DNA from: Iphione sp. A-MEVVRFRX5
Lineage: Eukaryota
Reading direction: 5' to 3'
Assembly (NCBI GenBank): GCA_976226885.1
Contig: OZ320316.1
Span: 43,648,001 to 43,712,000, forward strand
DNA: 64,000 bases
In this document: positions 1 through 9,957 of the stretch, one piece after another
Position numbering within the stretch: the first letter of the stretch is position 1
Layout: each line of letters begins with the position of its first letter
Notes under the pieces: model-generated
What the model was told of the DNA's origin: nothing
Database searches by the model: none
The model's input: only the letters and a program-made list of their open reading frames with translations
Made by a program: the position numbers and the translations under genes

Positions 1-576
1 CCCTCTTGGACAGGGACTTAATACAATTTAAATTAATTTTATTGCAATCTGAGGCTAGGTACCAATGTTTGATCCAATGTTTGAACCTATTACAGACATC
101 TTAGGATTATCATATTAGACAAGGTTTACAGATAAGACCCTGCCAAAACCAAAACCTACACTTAGTATCAACACGCCACACCTTTGATAAACAGGAATAA
201 CCACCGCTTTTATTAAGAAATAAGGTACTTTGGTAATAAAAAATTCTTTGTTTCATTCCCATAAAACGGCAGTTTTGCCCAATGACACATAATATAATCC
301 TCCATGGCGGGGTCATAAAGCAAAATGTATAGGAACCAATTATGGCCCTTTCTTATTCGTGAAAAATGCTTCTTGAAATATTTCTTCACCAAGCTATATC
401 TCCATCCATTTTTCTAAGAGAACCTGGGGTCGGCTGCTGTTATGCATATCTTAAACCGCTTCACTTGAACCGTATTAAGGATGACCCATTTTTCTTACGA
501 CGGCTTAAGCGCTAAATCTTTTGACCTAGAACCGCTAATACCGCTGCAATTACGAGTGAGTGTCCCGTGTCCGCTG

Positions 577-667
577 ATTGGTGGAATTCGTAATTTTCGC
601 GTGTAATTTGGCTTCCGCCGTAAACAAACACACGTGTTTGTTCCACGTGTACCTAGTAGTATATAAA
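577..667 (+). promoter_or_regulatory. Pol II promoter of the Myb/SANT-like gene
   Basis: Inverted CCAAT box (ATTGG 577-581). 9-bp inverted repeat AACAAACAC-ac-GTGTTTGTT (623-642). CACGTG at 631-636 and 644-649. TATATAAA at 660-667, ~100 bp before ATG 765. Confidence 0.55.
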
Positions 668-764
668 CGGGCAACTCTGAGCAGCTCGACACTGCCGCTC
701 AGGTATCCGGACCGTCACAATCTCCGTTCATCTTCGTAATTTTCGTAACGTCATCCTCATCACC

Positions 765-2012
765 ATGCCTAGAGGAGGTCGCCGTGGTTCCAAGCGAGGA
801 AGGACGCCCGTTAAGAGTACGAGGAAACCTACTGCCAAGCCCGGGAGACCTGCTGCTGTACAAGGACAAGGAAATGAGAAGAAAGTGGTGCAGTGGAAAG
901 AAAACTGGACCATGACGGACAGCTGCATTACAAGTACAAATTACAAAACGCCCTCGCTTTTGAGGGCCCTGGTGCCAAGGGCTGCCGAGAAGAGGCATGG
1001 GTGAAGCTCGTACAGGAGTTCAATAGGTTAGTGTGATACGCTCGTAATTTAATTACAATATGTAGACAATTTTTTTAAAATATGTGCTGGCATTCGTAAT
1101 TTTCTTTTAGGTGTACATGGCCCACCGAATGGCCTTAACTGGAGGGTGATCTATTTGTGCATTATTTTTTTTTTAGCGGGCTTATTTTTTCTTTATGAAG
1201 AAGTAAATTCAGTGTTGCATATTCGTATCCGTGTCAACTGTGTCACTGTCAAGTGCATGTTATTGGGCTTTCTGCCAAGGTGTTATAATGACTTCACTGG
1301 GCAGGGAATGGTGTCATTGGTGGGGAACAGTGTCATTTACGAGCTATCATGGCCATGTGTTTTCTGCCAGTCCACATATCCAAACTGCACCACAAAAATA
1401 TCCTGCTGCGTGTAATGTCCTATTAATTGAATGCCACCCTGACAGCTATGGCTGCTTGACATGCAGATGGTCAGGAAGCCCAGTCGGGGGTCTGTGGGAA
1501 GGGCAAGTGGCTCGTTAAATGCTTTTCGTAATCTTTCCGCGGATCTTCGCTCCCAAATTCAGCAAATGTGTGTGTCATGCCGTGTAACGACCCGCCCAGT
1601 GGGGAGCCAGCCACTGGCAAGTTAAAGCGAATTGCTCTGTGTTCGTATTGCAACTGTGCTGACAGTTATATTGTTTGCCTTTGATTGCAGCCGGGCATCC
1701 TTTCCGCGCACGAGGGCTGAGATAGTTGCTCGTATGAAAAGCGTCCGTACCCGAGGTTGGTATGCGCTTACAAAATTACAATTACAATTTTTGCGGCCAA
1801 TGTGCTTTTCCTTATGGTCCTTCACTGTCGCTTCACTCGGAAAATCTATCATAAGCATGGCCTATTGTCTTTTGCAGACAAAGCTGAGAAAAGCTCGCGG
1901 ATACGGACTGGTGGAGGGCCAGCCCAACCTGTGCACGAAGATGTGGCATTTTTCCGGGAATACGAACCCGATGCGGCCATGCCCTTCCAGGGTCCTGGTG
2001 CCCCAGGCTTCA
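765..2012 (+). pseudogene. Harbinger Myb/SANT-like DNA-binding protein gene (gene A), spliced, frameshifted near 911
   Basis: Exons 765-1026, 1691-1755 and 1878-2012 join by phase-compatible GT-AG introns. They give KENWT..YKYKLQNALAFEGPGAKGCREEAWVKLVQEFN-SRASFPRTRAEIVARMKSVRTR-DKAEKSSRIRTGGGP, a Myb_DNA-bind_5/trihelix-like pattern followed by the TGGGP motif typical of Harbinger Myb proteins. The frame breaks just after WT. Confidence 0.72.
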
Positions 2013-2607
2013 GTGAGTATTAATATTACACTATCAATACAATATAACAATCTTGTTCATCACGAGAATATTTACAAATTTCCGTCTGTAAGTGTTATAG
2101 GCTTTGCAATGGCCTCATGGTTCGGCGAATATTACACTATCCATACCAAAATGTTTGTTATCACGGGTTGCTTTACGCATTCCTGTCTGCAAGTGTTACA
2201 TGCTTTTATCCGGCCCCTGGGAATGGGGGCTCGTTGAGAACTGCGGTCGCGAAACGTTAAATGTTTACCGCGAAACAATCACATCAGACGGCCGGTGCTG
2301 TATTGGGTAGTTAAGGTCGTCATGGTAACCGTGCGCTATGCGCCTTACCGACAGTGGCGTGAGACCACAGGAATGTAGCATGTGATTTTGATTGACAAGC
2401 GATGGATCCAGCAGCAGGACCCCCTGCCACTTTCTTCTCAGACACCACGCCATAAGTACACGTCTATTGTTCACTGCCATTACTCTCGTTATGACCGTTG
2501 TATTATTTCCTAAATAACAAAGAATTCCGAACATTTACGATTTTAACATAGTTCTCCCGATGCTCATTCAGTCTGTTCTAAATGCCTTGTAATTGTCGTA
2601 CCTGCAG

Positions 2608-4427
2608 AAGCCCAAACAGAGGACCAGATGCTGTACGCACCACCAGCAGGAGGTCGGCCTACGGCTGGCGCGAAAGAATGAAGGCGCTGTATGGGGACGC
2701 CTTCCTGGCATGCGAGCGGGAGAGGGTCTGGCAATATCGTAAGCATAGGCTGAATTACATTTAATCTATTCAAGTGCACAGGCCAATAGCGGGGTTGACC
2801 TAAAAGTGGGCCGAATACTACTAACCATACTACTGCCCATCACTCGTAAATGTGTTTCAATACGTAGGAGTGCGAAAATTACGGCCGACTTTTGCGTTTT
2901 GTATTACTTGATCTAAACAATCTACTGCCTAATGCTCGTAAATCTTAATCATACCGTACGTTGACATGCGCCCAAAAAAGTTTACATGTGCTTTTTACAG
3001 GGAACCCTTTCGCAGATCAAAGGCGGGCCCAGCGGGAGGTCCTGCGTGCGCAGCGGCGGGCTGCTCGCAACGCCCGACGCCGCGCGGCGCCGACAGCAGG
3101 CGCGTGAGCTGGCAGCAGCGGAGCACGAGGAGGCGGTCCCCCCAGAGGTGCCCGCCCCTTATGAGGAGGAGGCGCCCCCCCCGGAGGTGCAGGCCAGATA
3201 CAAGGAAGAGGCGGGCCCCGAAGAGGTGCCTGCTGAGTACGAGGAACCGATGCAGCCACTTCCCGAGCCCCAGCCTCAAGAGTCGGAGGAGATGGCGCAG
3301 GAGGACGACGCCGAGCAGCCGCCGCCAACCGAATACGAGGGCTCGACGGTTGATGCAGAGCTGCAGGAGGGCGATGCCCCACCCCAGCAGCCGGAAAACC
3401 CCAAGCCCGCCATCGCCCGCATCCATGTCCACATGAGGAGTGAGTAGACTCTGTTGTATTATTACCCTTGTCTTTAACATGTAGGTGTTACGAAGAATCG
3501 CCAGTGACAAACATTACATTTTCAGATACGAGGAAAAGCAATTAGCGATTTGAAATTGAATATGTCTCTTGATGTTGTATTCCAGCCCTGGCTGGTTCGT
3601 GGCTCGGCGTCCACGACATATCATTGGTCGCCGAGGAGGTCGAGGGCGCGGCGGAGGTGGCTTCGATAGAAGCACTGGTGCTGGTCAGGAATGCCGAGGG
3701 GGGGCTCGTGGCAGTGGTGGACCAGCGTTGGCCGCTGGACCACGGCGGCCCTGAAGAGGACGACCAGCAAGAGGACCAGCCGCAATACGAAGGCGAGGCC
3801 GAGGCACCTGTCGCCAAGCCAGCACCTGTCGGCCCTGCTACCTCCCACCCTGTTGTAGCCCCCACCGCTCCTGTCGCTGTTGTCCCGTCCCCCTCTCGTA
3901 TTGTTGCCGTGCCCCCTCCCGCTATTGTCTGTGATGTGTCGACCCCTGTGCGTCCTGTCTCGTCTTGGGTAACCGGTGGGGTCCCCTGTGCTATTGTGCC
4001 GTATTCCCCTTCCCTGTCGCCTGTGTCTGTCCCCGACCCTATCGTAACCTATTCTCCTTCTGTCTCCCTTCACCCTGTTGACCCGTCTGTCGCCCCCACC
4101 GTTGTCGCCCCAGTCCTCCGTCCCCAAACACCTGTAACCCCTTCGTCTCCTCGTTTTGTCACCCGTCTGTCGCCACCTGTCGCCACCTCGTCCCCTGACT
4201 CGTCACCTGTTCTTGTCTGCCCCCCTTTCCCCCAAGCCCTGTCCCCCGTCCGTAACCCTATCGTTATGTGGCCCCGACCCCAGCCCCGTCTGATCCCCAG
4301 GTACCGCCTGGCAGACGAGGAGGCACTGCGCGTGTACGTGGGGCAACTGCTTGTAATTGACGACCAGTTGTCGCAGGATGAATTCCTGCAATTAATGGCT
4401 CTCCTCGAATGGGTCCGGCCACGTTAA
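2608..4427 (+). pseudogene. Spliced coding region B of the Harbinger element: basic helical, then acidic and Pro/Val/Ser-rich; either the C-terminal part of gene A or a separate gene
   Basis: Exons 2608-2738, 3016-3439 and 3586-4427 have phase-compatible GT-AG junctions (WQY-H-QRRAQ; HVHMR-T-LAGSW). One frameshift at ~3085. TAA at 4425-4427, followed by AATAAA signals at ~4505 and ~4514. Confidence 0.55.
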
Positions 4428-4785
4428 TTCTGTTTTCTGTTTTTCGTTATGTACAAGTGTCTGTGATCTGGGTGCTGTGCACCTATAATTATTTTAATGT
4501 GATAAATAAAAGAAATAAATACTTGTATATATGCTACGTTTTCTTTAATCGCAACATTGTACTCCACACAAGTATTGAAACTTACAAACAATAACGAATA
4601 ATAAATACAGCATTTTTCATGGAATGACAGCCCAACAGTTACAAATTTTCAAATTCAGAACATGTAGATCTTTCTCTAAGATGAATCAAGTTAAAATGCA
4701 GTGGTTGAGACACAGTGGAAGCCCTTATCAGCATACGAACCTTCGAGCTTGCGCAGTACCACCTGCGGTAACTGTTATCAGTGCC

Positions 4786-4792
4786 TATAAAA
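4786..4792 (+). promoter_or_regulatory. TATA box of gene C
   Basis: TATAAAA 47 bp upstream of ATG 4833 (context ACAACATGG), downstream of the gene B poly(A) signals. Confidence 0.45.
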
Positions 4793-4832
4793 AACCACCC
4801 TCGCCACTGAGACAGGTATTCATTATGACAAC

Positions 4833-6845
4833 ATGGAACAAGCAGGACCCGTGGGTGACATCCATTGGCAGCACGAAGAGCCCATTGTGGGTGCCATAAG
4901 GCTCATATTTCGTAGTAAGTACAAAAATAGGGTACGGTAACTAGCTTGTAATTCAGCTGCAGATCTCTAAGTGTAGCAAATTTCGTAATGCCCTTCCGAC
5001 CGTCGGTTACTATGCAGCTGAAGTCGGCATATGGGCAGCACAGGCTTCTATCGTTTTTTGCCGCACCAGGGTGGAACCCGTGTCGATCGACGACATGGAA
5101 CTGGATGTCCACATCGACCTGAGCGATCGGGCCAGCCGCCTTGCATCTCTCACACATCGTTGGCCGCTGGAATGCGCTTCTGGTGAGGCTGTATATTTCG
5201 TATATCGACCGCGCGCAGTGGGGTCCATATGTATCACTTGCAGACGAGACTATAAGATCCCACTATAATACCTTCGTAATGTATTTCGAAACACTTGATT
5301 ATGTCATTTGCAGTTGGCGAACGCAGCCCAAGTTCGCAGGCCCTGGCCGACAGAAACGTTGCGGCCTGTTCCGGTGGTCTGGCGCCGGTTCATTACGAGG
5401 ATCCTGGCAAGGACGAAGGTGACGGGGCCTTGGAGGAAATGGCCAATGACCAGGCGGACGATGAGCAGCGCGAGGAGGATGATGAGGATGACGATGATGA
5501 CGAGGAGGATTTGGCCAATTTGCAGGATGTTCTCCCCGCCGTCGAAGATTACGAGATTTTCGTACCTGACACGGTGTCTGAGCAGCTGCAGTTGATGCAG
5601 GCGTCCCTTGACTCTCAATTAGATATCATTACGGGCACACCAACAGATCCCGTGAGGCCGTCGAGCACCAAGGCTCCGAAGCGGCCACTGCCAGGCCCAA
5701 GTAGCTCCCTCTTGGCTGCACTGAGATGGCCAGTTAGGGAGGTCGAGGTAGTGCCGGACAGCCAAGGGGCAGACCAAGAAGAGGATGATGATGAGGAGGA
5801 ATTTCGTATCCGTCCAATGCCACCACTGTACCCTGACGTACGACCATCAACCAGCAGCTGTGCGGCCCCAGCCCCGGTCGCTCATAATGATGCGCGGCTG
5901 GTCACCTCCACACCACGACCCCGCGCCAACACACAACCTGTAGGCAACCAGAGGCCTATGCCGGTTCAAGCTCAGGTCGAACCCCGGGCGGCAGGTGCGG
6001 ATAGAGCGGGAGCACGCCCACGCGCACCTGTCCCCCGCCGCCCGGTAGGTAATACGAATGCCGTCCGTGTGCCACCTCCACCTGTGGCCAACAATGCCTT
6101 GAGGGCACCAGTACCTGCCGCTGATGCCCAAGCCCAGGCCGCTCGAGTTCCTGTTCCTGCTGCACCTGCAACTCAGGCAGAGGCCACAGCACCGGCAGCC
6201 CAGCAACAGCAGCAGCAGGCCAAACGAAGTAAGTATTTGTATTGCTACTAATGAAGACAATGTCTCATTTTTTGCAGGCTGTCTCCGTTGAAATAACATT
6301 GTCCCTTTCATAATCATTGTGTGAACCACATTACAGAACGTTGCCACGAGGAGTAGTGATTGTTCCTGTCAACGTATTCAGGGTGCCGTCCCTTGGGTCG
6401 AATGATCCGCACGTGTGTACAGTCCACCAGGCCGATTACGAACGGAAACCTTGCTTTTTCCTGAAAGGCCAGCATGATCTTGTTCAATTCATCCGGTCGT
6501 GGTGGGGTCAGGTACTCATTCTTCATTGTGTCCGTAACGGCCATGGCAACCCGGTGGACTGTGCGACACACGGTGGGATTGGACACCCTGATGATGTCCG
6601 ACACAACATCCTGGATGGCCCCTGTTGTAAGTGAAATGCAATGCATGCATTACTTGCTGCAACAACAAATTCCCCCAAGATAGTTACGAATATGTCTCTT
6701 ATTTGTACAGGACCAAGAAACGCGGGAAATGATTGGCAAGGATGCCACGAGGGCACGCATGAAGGAATTAGACAGACTCAAGAAGATGATGGACCAGGAT
6801 GCGCAAGGGTGGCGCACAGATGACAGCAACAGCAATGGAAATTAA
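4833..6845 (+). CDS. Gene C of the Harbinger element: spliced ~425-aa protein of unknown function (acidic, Ala/Pro-rich, Gln tract)
   Basis: Exons 4833-4914, 5018-5182 and 5314-6228 join in phase without stops (MEQAGPVGDIHW...IFR-T-EVGIW...ECAS-V-GERSP...QQQQQQAKR). Donor GTAAGT at 6229. Probable terminal exon 6711-6845 (acceptor tctcttatttgtacag; DQETREMIGKDATRARMKELDRLKKMM...*), then AATAAA at 6881. The phase of the last junction is unresolved. Confidence 0.55.
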
Positions 6846-7479
6846 ATATGCCAATGAATACGAATTTTTCACTGTTCAGAAATAAAATAATCAACCCACT
6901 TCACGTTGTGTATCTGTCAGCCCTAAATTAATCAATACGAGAATATTAACATTGAATACGAAAAAAAGGTACCAAGTCAGTAGAACAATGATAGAGCCAT
7001 AAGTGAGGAATATAGAAGTAATCGTATTAAGCCTATGTCCTACAATACGCCACTAGGAACTTTACCTTTTTTCACAATGATTACAAAAACTCACCTGTAG
7101 CTAGGTAGCGCAGAAATAGCATCACCTGAATTAACGGTGGGAGGGCTGGTCCTCGCTTGCACCTTTGCTCAAGCCGTGGCGTCACGTAATCCACGATCCT
7201 GTAGATGTTATGCGGGTAGAAGCGGTATTTCTCCCGTACTTCATCACGTTTCAAGGATTCTAGAGGGTTTTGGTAATCAACAAGGCGGCGGGTTATGAAG
7301 TCTTGCCCATAAAAACGCCTCCCCCACCTCACCTCATTTATCTCAATCTCCTCCTCTTCCAACTCCTCGTAATCTGCCATTACATCGATTCCAAGGTTCT
7401 CAGGATCCACTGGATCACATTCCCGGTGATGAGTAGCTTCCATAACATTTTCATAATCAAAATCACGAGCAAGATCCAT
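6350..7479 (-). pseudogene. PIF/Harbinger (HARBI1-like, DDE_Tnp_4) transposase, two exons, C-terminal half missing
   Basis: Exon 1 is 7479-7095 (...EVREKYRF...LPPLIQVMLFLRYLATG), intron 7094-6622 (GTGAGT..CAG, phase 1), exon 2 from 6621 (GAIQDVVSDIIRVSNPTVCRTV...FPFVIGLVDCTHVRI.RP...YVDRNNHYS). The first catalytic Asp (IGLVDCTH) is present. Homology is lost after HYS, so the WPGSxHD, GDSGY and E motifs are absent. Confidence 0.88.
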
Positions 7480-7610
7480 GGTGTATGTGTTGACGATAGG
7501 AGTGGCAAACTAGTACTAGCTTAAAACTCCCGCTTAAACCGACCCATGGAGACGGTTTAAGGAAAGTAGGTTAAATCCACAATTAATACGTCCCGCGCGG
7601 TATTACGAGG

Positions 7611-7753
7611 GTTACAGCAGAGCGCACTTTAGCTAATACCAGCTGGGTGGTCGTAACTTGCAGCTTAAGGCGTTACAGCAGAGAGCACTCAAAATTTACT
7701 GGTATTAAGTCGCGGTATTAGGGTTAATGAGCATCAATTCGGTGTTACAGCAG
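7611..7753 (+). repeat. Subterminal direct repeats of the Harbinger right end
   Basis: GTTACAGCAG at 7611, 7672 and 7744. The first two extend to GTTACAGCAGAG(C/A)GCACT (17/18); the third is part of the TIR. Confidence 0.75.
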
Positions 7754-9619
7754 CCAGCCCCAGATGTTACCACTCCTTTTACTATGAGCTCTTCTAATCC
7801 GAAGATCGCTTCTAAAACAGTGCGGTTCTGTCTCCTGTTTACTGTCACTTGAAGTTGGTTTTGGATCTGGCTAAATGTTACTACTACCATACGAATTCAT
7901 GACAATGCCAAAGATGGGAGACCCCTCACAGCAACTTATGTCAGTGAAAGTTTCGACTTTGTACTGTAAATCCTCCTTGCCTGTAACCCTAACTGTGCTT
8001 AACCCCTTATACAACATTGCCTTCTCCTATAATGTCAACAGAGTTTATTTATCACCCACTTGAACTTCACCTCTAAGTATCAGCTAAACAAGAGTTCAGC
8101 TTACTCTTACTCTTTGTTGCCCTCAACACATTCTCTCGAGATCGATCGATCGATCGAATCTGAATGATGTTCCTTAGGCCGGAAATATTTTGTTTGATTC
8201 AATATCAGTCTGCATCATAATGAAAGCCAGGGAGAGAAGGTCCGTTCTCTTTATTCTCACTTCTGGATACTTCTTGAAGAAACTGAAGGAAATTCAGTTT
8301 TTTTCGAGCAACATCCAGTGCTTGAAAGTGTTGTAAGACGTTGTAAGAAATGGTCCATTAGTGTCTCCATTAATTCTTCGATATCCGTGGATTGGGTTGT
8401 GACCTGGATTGTTACGTTTGCTACTACTTTTGGCAGTTCATCAATATCTACTTAACCCATTATCCAATGAACCCCAGATGCCAAATCACATCATCACTAT
8501 TCAATACCTTCGCTGACTTTCTGTCCACCAGATGGGCCGTATGTCGAGGATAGATGTATTTTCTAAAGATTCTACTGGGAGATACTCCAATTTTCTTTGC
8601 AATAACAACCTTGCTGTACCGGTGATGTTTAGTATCAACATAGGTCCGGAATTATTTTGGTGCACTGCATTCGTAAAAATGAAGTCAGAGAAAGATTTCC
8701 TTGAGTCTAACACCACATTGCTTTCCAAATATTTTGATATGAACTGAAAAGACTCATTACATACAATATCGTGTGTCGATCCAGTACATGCTTAGTTACT
8801 TGGTTTATTATGATATATACAGACGAGACAGCTTCTATGAAATCCCACATTTCGAAATTCTGTTATCAATTAAGTCAGGAGCAACTCTAATTCTATTACT
8901 GCTGAATCCAATGACCACTTCCTGTTCATTGAATTCATTACAATACTGAATTCAATTTACCATAAACAAAACTGGAGAAGGATCACGTTCTGTACAAAAT
9001 ATTATAATACTGAATGCTAAATCAATCATTTTGTCAATCATTATCACATCATCAAGATTGATGTGTAGCACTACAAAACGTCTTTTCTCATTAATTTATC
9101 TAAATTTATATTCACTCTGTATGTAAATTGGACCATATCCATTTCCGTATTACCACAATTAATTTTTCATTCTGCACTATACACTCCACACATTGTATAT
9201 TTATTGAATACTGTGTAGGAAATATATCAATCAAAACCCAATGTCAGGTAGTCAATTGATAAGGTGGGTTCTATCTTCGATTTGTACAAAATATTATTTC
9301 AGTTTTTTAAAGAATGTTCCCATTAGAATGTTTGCAGAGTTTCCTTTGAAGTTTTGTCCACATGAAACATATCAATTAGGTGTTTTGACTCTTTTGCATG
9401 GTCTATTTTCTCGATAATATTATTCATTATGATTCTAATGAATCTAATGATTCTATTTAGGGTGAAAGTCACCACATTTTCCATTTCCAGTCTGCTGATA
9501 TTCGATCCTACTGGGTTTTCATATATTCTCCTTCTTAATTCTTTACTAGTTGCCAAAAGTGGTGCTACAAATTTCATAACTCACCATAATGATTGAATCT
9601 TTGTTCATTCAAACCTTTA

Positions 9620-9957
9620 GGCCAAAACAAAAAATAGGTATGTTTCTGGTAACCCACCCCTACCTAGTAAACCTCATCCTACTGAAATTTTAATGGGCCC
9701 CAAAGAGTTTCCCAGGCTGAATTTCCTTAGATACACGTTTTCACAACCCATGTTTTGGTAAATTCAGTAGAAAAACAATAAAATCCATGGACATTCAGCA
9801 AAAAAACTGCAAATTAGTAAAAATTCTTCATATTGTCTTTATCTTTCTTGAAAACCAGAGGAAGAAAGTGAAAAAAATAATTATAAAAGATACCCCCCTT
9901 CCCTACCTAGGTTTTGGCTGGTTGTGACCAGAAACAGACCTATTTTTTTAGGGGGCC
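9620..9957 (+). mobile_element. Tourist/Harbinger-type MITE (family 1), complete 338-bp copy
   Basis: Ends GGCC...AAAAAATAGGTATGTTTCTGGT and ACCAGAAACAGACCTATTTTTT...GGCC. TTA duplicated on both sides (9617-9619, 9958-9960). Further copies occur in the window. Confidence 0.85.

Larger units (their letters stand above)
424..7763. mobile_element. PIF/Harbinger-superfamily DNA transposon, ~7.3 kb, multi-gene, decayed copy
   Basis: Imperfect TIRs: CTGGGGTCGGCTGCTGTTA (424-442) vs reverse complement of 7745-7763, CTGGGGCTGGCTGCTGTAA (16/19). Shared subterminal motif CTAATACCGC (537-546) / GCGGTATTAG (~7711-7720). Encloses a Harbinger transposase and a Myb/SANT-like gene, the canonical Harbinger pair. 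GC content is higher than in the flanks. Confidence 0.78.

Noticed and set aside
1230-1620. Transposase-like words (HD, DSS*, MTPF, RWSGS) in gene A intron 1
   Set aside because: Equally good matches appear on both strands and in conflicting order, which indicates over-reading. Kept only as a testable hypothesis in the findings.
2100-2400. SET-domain-like words (FGEYY, FTHSC, MLHSC), as in HarbingerS elements
   Set aside because: They lie on opposite strands, the spacing does not fit, and there is no ELxxxY motif.
4830-4875. OTU-protease-like THGSCLFHVV on the minus strand
   Set aside because: It is antisense to gene C exon 1, the frame is short, and no other OTU motifs are present.
6342-6752. 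10-bp match TGCCACGAGG at 6342 and 6743 as a rearrangement scar
   Set aside because: A 10-mer match within a few hundred bp is plausible by chance.
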